This document shows positions 8,284-16,878 of a DNA stretch of 44,685 nt, one piece after another (position 1 is the stretch's first letter; each line of letters begins with the position of its first letter). Both the position numbers and the translations under genes were made by a program. Origin of the DNA: Promethearchaeota archaeon (lineage in GTDB: Archaea > Asgardarchaeota > Lokiarchaeia > Sigyniarchaeales > SOKP01). Under the pieces are notes generated by a model. It was not told the origin of the DNA and did not search any database. It was given only the letters and a program-made list of their open reading frames with translations. Where the stretch lies: contig SOKP01000012.1 in NCBI GenBank assembly GCA_004375715.1, positions 1-44,685 of the forward strand, read 5' to 3'.

Positions 8284-9903
8284 ATGGAAAAAAACAGTAA
8301 TGTAAGTGTTTCGCAAATAATGGGGGAAATAAGAGACTCACTTAGTCTTCCGGATAAAGCTTATTTTTTCGATACAACGCTTCGTGATGGTGAACAAACC
8401 CCCGGTATAAGTTTTACTCACAAAGAGAAAATATCTATTGCACAAACACTAAATGATATGAAAATTGATGTAATTGAAGCGGGATTTCCAGTTACTTCTA
8501 TAGGCGATTTTGAAGCGTGTAAATCCATAGCTAAATTAGGATTAGATTCTGAAGTGATGGGACTAGCGAGGATGGCAAAAATTGATATAGATAAAGTTAT
8601 TGAAGCGGATATGGATAGTATTCACCTTTTTATTGCTACATCAGATTTACATCTAAAATCAAAACTTCAAATGAGTCGCGATGAAGTAATAGAGCAAATT
8701 AATAAATATGTTTCTTATGCTAAAGAGCATTACTCGACAGTATTATTCTCAGCTGAAGATGCAACTCGTTCTGATTTGGATTTCTTAATTAAAGCAAATT
8801 TAAATGCAATTGAGAGCGGAGCAACGAGAATTAATATTCCTGATACTGTAGGTACCATCTCGCCAAAAGCGTTCGGATATATGGTAAATAATGTATATAA
8901 AGCAATTCCAAGTGACATTAGAATAGCAGTACACTGTCATAACGATTTTGGACTCGCCGTCGCAAACACTATTGCGGGATTCGAAAATGGAGCCTCGGAA
9001 GCACAAACTACAATTATGGGTTTAGGAGAACGAGCTGGCAATGCTTCCTTTGAAGAAACAGCAATGTCACTCTATGCTCTATATCAATTACCTATGAATA
9101 TCATCACGCAAAAAATATTTCCCACTGCGAAACTCATCGAAAGTTATTGTGGTGGTAAAGTTAGGATAGGACGCCTCCAACCTTTGATAGGGCAAAACGC
9201 ATTTGCTCACGAAGCAGGCATTCACGCCCATGCCATGATTAAAAACGCGCGAACCTACGAACCTATCACTCCTAAGTTAATTGGAATAAGTAGATCTGAC
9301 AGTGTAGTAGATATTCTTAAGGAATCAATTAAATTTGGGAAACACAGTGGTGGACATGCGTTAAAAGCAAAATTGGGAGATCTTGGAATTAATACGAATG
9401 ATAAAGAATTCGTTAAAATAATGAATCACATTAAAGATTTTGGAGACAAAGGACATGAGGTTTCTGAAGAAGATTTTTTAGCAATTGTTAAGGATGTTAT
9501 GGGAGAAATACCCGAAGAAGAACAATACGTCATTCTTGAAGAATTAACGGTTTTGACTGGTTCCATAACTCCTACATCAACTGTGCGTTTAAAAATAAGA
9601 AATGGAGATTTCGTAGAAAAAGTCGCTTCCTCAATAGGAGTTGGTCCAGTAGATGCGTCAGTCAATGCTATTGTTAAATGTTTTAAACCCATGAGTAACA
9701 TTAAGCTTTTAAACTTCCAAATTGACGCGATTACTGGAGGAACTGAAGCATTAGGACATGTGGTTATCGAAATTTTGGACATTGAAAGTAATCTCATAGT
9801 TAAAGCAAGTGCTACTCATGAAGATATTGTAATGTGCTCGGTTTTAGCTCTTGTAAAAGGTTTGAATCTTATAGTTAAGAAAAAAAATGCTGAAATGAAA
9901 TGA
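8284..9903 (+). CDS. leuA: 2-isopropylmalate synthase (LeuA/CimA family)
   Basis: DTTLRDGEQTPG, EAGFP, PDTVG, HCHND, GLGERAGN, HEAGIH and a C-terminal allosteric domain (GVGPVDA). Followed by leuC and leuD. Citramalate synthase cannot be excluded from motifs, but the Leu-rich leader favours LeuA. Confidence 0.85.
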   Translation: MEKNSNVSVSQIMGEIRDSLSLPDKAYFFDTTLRDGEQTPGISFTHKEKISIAQTLNDMKIDVIEAGFPVTSIGDFEACKSIAKLGLDSEVMGLARMAKIDIDKVIEADMDSIHLFIATSDLHLKSKLQMSRDEVIEQINKYVSYAKEHYSTVLFSAEDATRSDLDFLIKANLNAIESGATRINIPDTVGTISPKAFGYMVNNVYKAIPSDIRIAVHCHNDFGLAVANTIAGFENGASEAQTTIMGLGERAGNASFEETAMSLYALYQLPMNIITQKIFPTAKLIESYCGGKVRIGRLQPLIGQNAFAHEAGIHAHAMIKNARTYEPITPKLIGISRSDSVVDILKESIKFGKHSGGHALKAKLGDLGINTNDKEFVKIMNHIKDFGDKGHEVSEEDFLAIVKDVMGEIPEEEQYVILEELTVLTGSITPTSTVRLKIRNGDFVEKVASSIGVGPVDASVNAIVKCFKPMSNIKLLNFQIDAITGGTEALGHVVIEILDIESNLIVKASATHEDIVMCSVLALVKGLNLIVKKKNAEMK

Positions 9904-9935
9904 ATACCTTTTAAAAAAATCGAATGATGTAAATT

Positions 9936-11210
9936 ATGGGTTTAACAATTACTGAGAAAATTCTTAGAGATCATTGCCAAAATAAAAAAGCCATTGCTGG
10001 TGATTTTATTATGGCCGATATCGATAAATGTTTGGCTAACGATATTACTGCTCCCATAGCCATAGACGTATTTAAAAAAGTGACAGAAGATTCTAAAGCT
10101 GAAGTTTTTGATTCTTCTAGAATCATTCTAATCCCTGACCATTTTACTCCAAATAAGGACGTGGCCTCTGCTGCTCAGTGTAAAATCCTTAGAGACTTTG
10201 CTACTAGACATAATATTACTAACTATTTTGAGGTTGGAAGAGGAGGCATTGAACATTGTCTTGTACCAGAACAAGGATTGGTGAAACCAGGAGACGTTTT
10301 TATTGGGGCTGATTCACATACATGCACTTATGGTGCACTTGGGGCGTTTGCAACAGGAGTTGGATCTACAGATTTAGGTGTAGCAATGGCGTTAGGAAAA
10401 TGTTGGCTTAAAATCCCAGAATCTATTAAGTTCATTTATTCTGGTGGATTAAATGAATGGGTTTCTGGAAAAGACTTGATATTATATACAATAGGGGAGA
10501 TTGGCGTAGATGGAGCCACATACAAAGCTATGGAATTTACAGGTGATTCAATAAAAAGTTTACCTATAGAAGATCGGTTTACTATGTGTAATATGGCTAT
10601 AGAAGCTGGCGGAAAAAGTGGAATCATTGAACCTGATACTATAACCAGATCATATTTAGATTCTGTTAAGATATCAAATGATAGTTTTTATAGTAGTGAT
10701 AAAGATGCTGAATATTGTGATATTATAGATTTTGAATGTGCTAATATAGAACCACAGATTGCCCTTCCTCATTCACCTGATAACGTGAAATCCATTTCAG
10801 AAGTGCACGGTATGAAAATAGAATTAGATCAAGTAGTCATAGGATCGTGTACAAATGGCCGGCTTACCGATTTAAGAAATGCTGCGAAAATTCTTAAAAA
10901 TCGTAAAATCAATAAAAAACTAAGATGCATAATAATACCAGGAACGCAAAATATATATCTAAAAGCGATGGAAAGAGGATATATTGAGAGTTTTGTTAAT
11001 GCTGGTGCAATAGTATCAACTCCTACCTGTGGACCGTGTTTAGGTGGTCATATGGGCGTCTTAGCGGAGGGAGAGAAAGCGTTATCCACAACTAATAGAA
11101 ACTTCCAAGGGAGAATGGGGCATGTTAATAGCGAGGTTTTTTTGTCCAGCCCTGCAGTTGCAGCTGCTTCAGCGATAAAAGGGTATATAACCTCCCCAGA
11201 AAATTTATAA
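9936..11210 (+). CDS. leuC: 3-isopropylmalate dehydratase large subunit
   Basis: GADSHTCT, IGSCTNGR, CGPCLGGH and STTNRNF aconitase-family motifs; short archaeal/Firmicutes-type length. Confidence 0.92.
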   Translation: MGLTITEKILRDHCQNKKAIAGDFIMADIDKCLANDITAPIAIDVFKKVTEDSKAEVFDSSRIILIPDHFTPNKDVASAAQCKILRDFATRHNITNYFEVGRGGIEHCLVPEQGLVKPGDVFIGADSHTCTYGALGAFATGVGSTDLGVAMALGKCWLKIPESIKFIYSGGLNEWVSGKDLILYTIGEIGVDGATYKAMEFTGDSIKSLPIEDRFTMCNMAIEAGGKSGIIEPDTITRSYLDSVKISNDSFYSSDKDAEYCDIIDFECANIEPQIALPHSPDNVKSISEVHGMKIELDQVVIGSCTNGRLTDLRNAAKILKNRKINKKLRCIIIPGTQNIYLKAMERGYIESFVNAGAIVSTPTCGPCLGGHMGVLAEGEKALSTTNRNFQGRMGHVNSEVFLSSPAVAAASAIKGYITSPENL

Positions 11211-11218
11211 GAAAAAGT

Positions 11219-11722
11219 GTGAGATTGCCAATGATTGGAAAAGTAATTAAGTATAATCTAAAAAATATTAATACTGATCTAATAATTCCTGCTAGATATT
11301 TAATAAATTCAGATAAGAATTTTCTAGCACAGCACTGTATGGAGGATTTAGATCGCGAATTTATTAAAAAAGTTAGTGAATATAATTATTCTATCCTAGT
11401 TGCGAATTCAAATTTTGGTTGCGGATCAAGTAGGGAACAAGCTCCTTTAGCATTAAAAGCTAGTGGGATAAAATGCATTATCGCACCTTCATTTGCCAGG
11501 ATTTTTTTTAGAAATTCGATAAACATTGGCTTACAAATAGTAGAATTATCTAATATTGATGATATAAAAATTGGAGATGTGCTAGAGATCGATTTAAAAA
11601 TAGGGATAATTAATAATACAACTTCACTACACCATTATACAGTTAAAAAACAACCAGTTTTCCTCCAGGAAATAATTTCTGATGGTGGTTTAGTTAATTA
11701 TACTAAAAAAAGATTGATTTAA
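11219..11722 (+). CDS. leuD: 3-isopropylmalate dehydratase small subunit
   Basis: NINTDLIIPARYL, NFGCGSSREQA, SFARIFFRN. Start is GTG 11219 or ATG 11231. Confidence 0.92.
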   Translation: MRLPMIGKVIKYNLKNINTDLIIPARYLINSDKNFLAQHCMEDLDREFIKKVSEYNYSILVANSNFGCGSSREQAPLALKASGIKCIIAPSFARIFFRNSINIGLQIVELSNIDDIKIGDVLEIDLKIGIINNTTSLHHYTVKKQPVFLQEIISDGGLVNYTKKRLI

Positions 11723-11814
11723 TAAGTTAGATCAATTTCAGAGTTTAATTTTTTCAGAATATAATGATAATAAGAATAATAAAAACTATAGTGCAGAAAA
11801 TAAAAAAAGTAATA

Positions 11815-14082
11815 TTAGGAGTGTGGATTGAAAACTCTTTTAATGATTAGTGAATACAGCGCCTCTATCTCCTTGGAATCAAAAGATTTCTCTCCAATTA
11901 ATTGAGTTACATAAAAATACTCTTGCCGAGTTTGTTTCATCTTAACAATTGCTTTATTAATTAAGGCTTTTTCTGTAGGAGCTATTTTCATATTACCAAC
12001 TCCGGTTAACTTAAGCGGGTATAAGAAGGCAGTACCTAGGTGTTTTCTCAGTAAATTTTCAATACCCTCAAATGGTTGGAGATTACCTTTGAATTCCTTC
12101 AAATAAGTTCCAAATTTCTCCTCCATCTCTAAGGACAAATCGTCAATTACTCCGTAAAACTGTGTAGAAGGTAAGTCTTTCATAATAAATATGAGTCTGA
12201 AATGTTTATAGTCTGACATTAAGATTTTTGAGTTTTGATATTCGAGTTTAACTGTTTGTGAGCGTTCTCCTGACCCTGATATATCAAATCCAAACGTGCG
12301 GATAGCTTCTAAAAATCCTGAAACTAGTGTAGAATTGAATTTTTTCCCCGTAAAAGCTTGATCATACACATTCAGTGAAGATTTCTTTTCTACAACAATT
12401 ACATAGTTTAAATTCAAGATATCCGTAAACTTATTGATAGTTTTTTGTTTTGTTGCGAGTTTTTTTCTTTTATTTTTCTTAGCTAGTATAATTGATGAGG
12501 CTGTTACTGCTGATCCTAATCCCGCTATAACTACTATACCAATCACTAAAGTCCAATCGAATGCAAATGGCAAAATTATTTTGAAAATTTGAGTTACTAC
12601 GCCCGCATCAGTACCGTTAAACCAATACACAAATGCTTTGTAATTTCCATCTAAAGCATTTGAAGGGATTGTATAAGTGAAACTATTTGATTCTGGAGGT
12701 ATTACTTTTACTTTTATACTACTATTAATTTGATCTTCAAATGTATCAGCTAAAAAAAAAGTATAATTTCCTTCGAAAACAGGATCGGCAATGAAAAATT
12801 TTAATTCTTGACCCGCATAAAATTCTGTTCGGTCAACAGTTAGACCTATTGAAACTTCAGTAGAACTAGCAGTTATTAACCAGCTTGCTCCTTCTGTAAT
12901 AGTTTCGTTTGGTATTATTACATAGTTGCTAATATAATCAATAAACACGTCTGATGTTACGTTTTCTCCACTTCTTTTAATAGATAAATTATACCAGCTT
13001 TTAGGGAAAGAAAATTCAACCGAATAATTATCACTATACCTAGTAATTTCAGGGTTAATAGCCCAACTATTAGCAATACCTTCTTGAATTACTACAGAAC
13101 TATCGGAGTTGAAAATATCTTCAAGGTGTAGATTATAAGATAAATTAAAAGATAATTCTACTGATAATTCATTGCTTATGGAGATTTGAAAGATTTCATT
13201 GTTTGGAGAATAATTTAAATTAGAGAGAGTTAAATTGCCTGTTCCTGAATCTATTCCATTAGTTATATTATAAGACATCCCGCCAATATTAGCAGTCATA
13301 TTGATGCTCTCGGGATCATAGGGTCTATCGACTTGCTGAATTATCTGATATAAAAATGGTTCTCCTTGAACACCAGCAGTCCAATCACCGAGACCGACAG
13401 TATATTCCGAAGTATATAAGTTTGGATAGGTAGGGCTTTCTTTATTATAAGCCCAGTAATATTTTGAATTTTCAAAAGCTTCTATCTCTGATCCATTAAG
13501 AACAAAGAAATATTGCCCTACAGAAAGCGAAATAGGGCTCGAAAAAGTCTGGGTATACCAGAGTTCCTCATTAGTCATATTCAACAATGCTGGCGTTCCG
13601 TATATAGTACTATTAGGAATATCATTTAAATTATCATATCCGTTAATTTGAAAGTGAATATATCCTGAAGGAACGATCCCAATAGAAAAACCATAAATTT
13701 TTACACCGTAAACGATCGTAGGTTCTGTAATATTAACTTGTACTCCCAAGGCTTCTGTTTTTTTATCTACAAACTTATCTGTTTCAGATTTATCAATATC
13801 GTCTTCAATCACTTTAACTTCTCTTCCTAATCTTATATCTGTAAAGTTTAGTTCGATGCCAGTGATATCCCATGTTGGAGACTGTATATTTATATTAATT
13901 GAATTATTACTTTCAATCGTTTCAATAGCCCTTGAAAACTCGTGCATAACAAAATCTGATGAAGCAGTTAAATAATCTCCATTACTTTGAGCGTTAACAT
14001 TATTTGGGCCTAAATTTAACCCTAGTAAAAAAACCAGCAATGTTATGTTAATAGTGATTAAAATTTTTGTTTTCCTCAACAT
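11815..14082 (-). CDS. Single-pass membrane protein with cytoplasmic longin-like domain; paralog of 97..2385
   Basis: 755 aa. Signal peptide; shared blocks IELNFTDI, INMTANI, YxAxVxWF..DAGV; TM WTLVIGIVVIAGLGSAVTASSIIL; tail LVSGFLEAIRTFG. Confidence 0.75.
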   Translation of the reverse strand: MLRKTKILITINITLLVFLLGLNLGPNNVNAQSNGDYLTASSDFVMHEFSRAIETIESNNSININIQSPTWDITGIELNFTDIRLGREVKVIEDDIDKSETDKFVDKKTEALGVQVNITEPTIVYGVKIYGFSIGIVPSGYIHFQINGYDNLNDIPNSTIYGTPALLNMTNEELWYTQTFSSPISLSVGQYFFVLNGSEIEAFENSKYYWAYNKESPTYPNLYTSEYTVGLGDWTAGVQGEPFLYQIIQQVDRPYDPESINMTANIGGMSYNITNGIDSGTGNLTLSNLNYSPNNEIFQISISNELSVELSFNLSYNLHLEDIFNSDSSVVIQEGIANSWAINPEITRYSDNYSVEFSFPKSWYNLSIKRSGENVTSDVFIDYISNYVIIPNETITEGASWLITASSTEVSIGLTVDRTEFYAGQELKFFIADPVFEGNYTFFLADTFEDQINSSIKVKVIPPESNSFTYTIPSNALDGNYKAFVYWFNGTDAGVVTQIFKIILPFAFDWTLVIGIVVIAGLGSAVTASSIILAKKNKRKKLATKQKTINKFTDILNLNYVIVVEKKSSLNVYDQAFTGKKFNSTLVSGFLEAIRTFGFDISGSGERSQTVKLEYQNSKILMSDYKHFRLIFIMKDLPSTQFYGVIDDLSLEMEEKFGTYLKEFKGNLQPFEGIENLLRKHLGTAFLYPLKLTGVGNMKIAPTEKALINKAIVKMKQTRQEYFYVTQLIGEKSFDSKEIEALYSLIIKRVFNPHS

Positions 14083-14347
14083 TAAACCCCTAACGTCTTA
14101 TATTGCTTTATAAAAATTTTTTGTTTATCTTCTTATAGATAAAAGTATCTCCTAAAAAATTTAAGCAAGATATTTAATTTTGTATTAATCGAACAAAAAA
14201 TTCTTTTTATCTTTTTATAAGTAATATAACAGTATCCATTTAAATATATGAGGTAAAAAATCAAAAAACAATTAATGTAAAAAAGAGAGTTTATTTTAAT
14301 ACGAAGACTGTTATTTTTCAATTGAGCAATAGAAACTTTCAATTATC

Positions 14348-15598
14348 ATGTCAAAAAAGGCGTTAAAAAAACCAGAACTACTCGCTCCAGCACAAGATTG
14401 GACTTCTTTAAGAAACGTTACTGGATTAGCTGATGCTATTTATTTTGGCGTCAAGAAATATAATATGAGAGCGAAAGCTAAAAATTTCGAAAGAAGCGAA
14501 CTTAAAGAGATAGTAAAATTCTGTCACCATCAAAAACCACCATTGAAAGCATATTTAGCGACAAACATCTTAATCTACGATTCTGAATTGCAAGATTTAG
14601 AAAAATTGATATTAGAAGCAAAGAAAGCCGGTATAGACGCTATAATTGCTCACGATTTAGCGGTAATAAAATTTGCTAAACGCGAAAAACTTAGATTTCA
14701 CATTTCAACTCAAGCAAATGTATCTAATGTTGAATCTGCTAAATTTTTTGAAGATATAGGCGCTGAGAGAATTATTTTAGCTAGAGAGCTATCTCTTAAA
14801 CAGATAAAGCTTATTAAACATCATTTAACTAAGACGCAGATTGAATGCTTCGTTCATGGCTCGATGTGCACTTCGATTTCAGGTAGATGCTATCTATCAG
14901 CTACAATTTGTGATTCTGAAGAATTTTCGGCAAACCGAGGTAATTGTGTTCAGCCGTGTAGAAGAGAGTGGCGAGTAATTGACGATGAAAATAAAGAACT
15001 CATATACGATGGACAAATGTTCTTAAACGCTAAAGATCTCTGCATGATTGAATATATTCCAGAATTAATTGAGGCTAGTATTAATGTTTTCAAAATTGAA
15101 GGTAGAATGAAAAATCCATTGTATATAGAAACAGTAACTAAGTGCTACCGGGAAGCAATTGACAGTTATTTTGAAAATACTTTCTCAAAAGAAAAGGTTG
15201 GCGACTGGTTAGAAAGGTTAGCCAAAGTATATAATCGCGGGTTTCACACAGGATTTTATTTCCGTAGACCCACAATTGAAGACGTTGAGCTAGAAAGAAG
15301 AGGAAATGTATCTCCCTACAGAAAACATTATCTTGGAAAAGTATTATCATTCAATAAGAACAGCATGACAGCAAATATCTTGATTGAAATTAAGGAATTT
15401 AACTTAAAAATTGGAGATGAGATAATAGTAATTGGGAATGAGACGTATCATCATCAAAAAATTAAGCACATGGTCTTTAAAGGGGAAAAAATTCAAAATA
15501 TATATAAAAAACGGAGCGATAATCCTTTTAAAGTGAATCTGCGTTTAAGTAATGAGGTTCATAAAGATGATAAAATTTATATCATATATCAAACATAA
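14348..15598 (+). CDS. Peptidase U32 family Fe-S protein (probable O2-independent tRNA/rRNA hydroxylase, TrhP/RlhA-like)
   Basis: PELLAPA, HISTQAN, ILARELS, FVHGSMCTSISGRC, NRGNCVQPCRR, FKIEGRMK. Confidence 0.88.
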   Translation: MSKKALKKPELLAPAQDWTSLRNVTGLADAIYFGVKKYNMRAKAKNFERSELKEIVKFCHHQKPPLKAYLATNILIYDSELQDLEKLILEAKKAGIDAIIAHDLAVIKFAKREKLRFHISTQANVSNVESAKFFEDIGAERIILARELSLKQIKLIKHHLTKTQIECFVHGSMCTSISGRCYLSATICDSEEFSANRGNCVQPCRREWRVIDDENKELIYDGQMFLNAKDLCMIEYIPELIEASINVFKIEGRMKNPLYIETVTKCYREAIDSYFENTFSKEKVGDWLERLAKVYNRGFHTGFYFRRPTIEDVELERRGNVSPYRKHYLGKVLSFNKNSMTANILIEIKEFNLKIGDEIIVIGNETYHHQKIKHMVFKGEKIQNIYKKRSDNPFKVNLRLSNEVHKDDKIYIIYQT

Positions 15599-15656
15599 CT
15601 CAAATGGTCTAAATGAGGAATCTGGTACATTGAGCCAGTGAAGGTTGAAATGATAG

Positions 15657-16331
15657 ATGGATTACGAAGAAAAGAGGAGTAAATTAGTTGAAAGTCTTAC
15701 AAAGAGAGCCATTTTAACTAAGCCCAGTGTAATTAGGGCAATGTTAAAAGTTCCAAGGCATAAATTTTTACCGAAAGGTGCTATAGAATCGGCATACATC
15801 GATTCTCCACTTTTAATAGGAATAGGACAGACAATTAGCGCTCCACACATGAACGCGATGATGTGTGAACTTTTAGAACTAAAAGAAGGAGAAAAAGTTC
15901 TTGAAATCGGAACTGGTTCGGGCTACCACGCTGCTTTATGTGCTGAACTTGTAGCACCAGAACATTCTAAAAATCCTGGACATGTGTATACAATAGAAAG
16001 GCACAAAGAGTTAGCAGATAAAGCTGAAGAAAGTTTAATTAATACTGGTTACGGAGATATAGTTACGGTTATTTGCAGAGACGGTACACTAGGATATCCT
16101 CAAGAAGCACCATTTGACAAAATTTTAGTCACCGCATCATCGCCAAAGAAAGTGCCTCCCCCCCTAAAGGAACAATTAAGAGATGGAGGAATTCTCTGTA
16201 TTCCCGCAGGTTCAAAAGAATGGGGTCAGAATCTTTACATTATTTCTAAAAAAGAAAACAAATTCAATTCGAAGAGAGTTACCGGTGTTAGATTCGTTCC
16301 TTTAATCGGAGAATGGGGTTTTCCCGAATAG
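15657..16331 (+). CDS. pcm: Protein-L-isoaspartate O-methyltransferase
   Basis: VPRHKF, AYIDSPL, GQTISAPHM, VLEIGTGSGY, APFDKI, VRFVPL. Confidence 0.95.
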   Translation: MDYEEKRSKLVESLTKRAILTKPSVIRAMLKVPRHKFLPKGAIESAYIDSPLLIGIGQTISAPHMNAMMCELLELKEGEKVLEIGTGSGYHAALCAELVAPEHSKNPGHVYTIERHKELADKAEESLINTGYGDIVTVICRDGTLGYPQEAPFDKILVTASSPKKVPPPLKEQLRDGGILCIPAGSKEWGQNLYIISKKENKFNSKRVTGVRFVPLIGEWGFPE

Positions 16332-16368
16332 AATTTAATTCCTAAAAGACTCAATTAAGAGGTTAAGC

Positions 16369-16518
16369 TTAATTAGAAGAAGGTTTTTTCAATCGTTCTT
16401 CAATTAATTTTTTACGAACATTTTGTACAAATTCATTGTTGTCTATTCGTCCTTTTACAGATTGATTAGTGTACGTATAACCGTTTTGCTTTTCTTTTTT
16501 ACTTTCTCTCATAAACAT
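16369..16518 (-). CDS. Small basic hypothetical protein, 49 aa (MFMRESKKEKQNGYTYTNQSVKGRIDNNEFVQNVRKKLIEERLKKPSSN)
   Basis: Hand-translated open frame below the track cut-off. It fills an intergenic gap and has a TTTATATA box about 50 nt upstream on the minus strand. Confidence 0.45.
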   Translation of the reverse strand: MFMRESKKEKQNGYTYTNQSVKGRIDNNEFVQNVRKKLIEERLKKPSSN

Positions 16519-16629
16519 AAAAACTACGAGTTTTTAATGAGGTTATAGTTGTTATTGTACCCTTAACATATATAAAGCTATTTAAAACCGATAATTTAAA
16601 AAAAAATTCATGGTCTTGATTTTAGGGTT

Positions 16630-16836
16630 TTAATTTGAATTCAATTCTTCTTTAGATTTTTTGAAAAAATCATAGTACTTCTTCATATTTTTCCTCGATT
16701 CATCATCTAAGGGAACACCGAATTGTAGTAAAATGATAAAGCCCAAAATTATTGGTAGTACTGGGAAAGCCATTATCCATGAGAATAATATAACATATTC
16801 TACTAAATTCAGAGGATAAAAATCCTCGGAGCTCAT
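16630..16836 (-). CDS. Small membrane protein, 68 aa
   Basis: Long hydrophobic stretch then a charged tail; co-oriented downstream of GH57 with no overlap. Confidence 0.55.
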   Translation of the reverse strand: MSSEDFYPLNLVEYVILFSWIMAFPVLPIILGFIILLQFGVPLDDESRKNMKKYYDFFKKSKEELNSN

Positions 16837-16878
16837 AGGGATGGTTATTCCTAAATCGAAATCGAATGTTTCAAAAAA

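Noticed and set aside
8138-8341. 67-aa minus-strand ORF over the leu leader and the leuA start
   Set aside because: Antisense shadow that overlaps leuA. Its Ile runs are the complement of the leader's TTA-rich tract, and the plus-strand uORF explains the region better.
8284-11722. Absence of leuB from the leu cluster
   Set aside because: leuB is often encoded elsewhere in archaea; this cannot be judged from one window.
14133-14342. 69-aa intergenic ORF; similarly 22042..22242
   Set aside because: Low-complexity I/F/K/N/Y translation of AT-rich promoter DNA, with no supporting signals.
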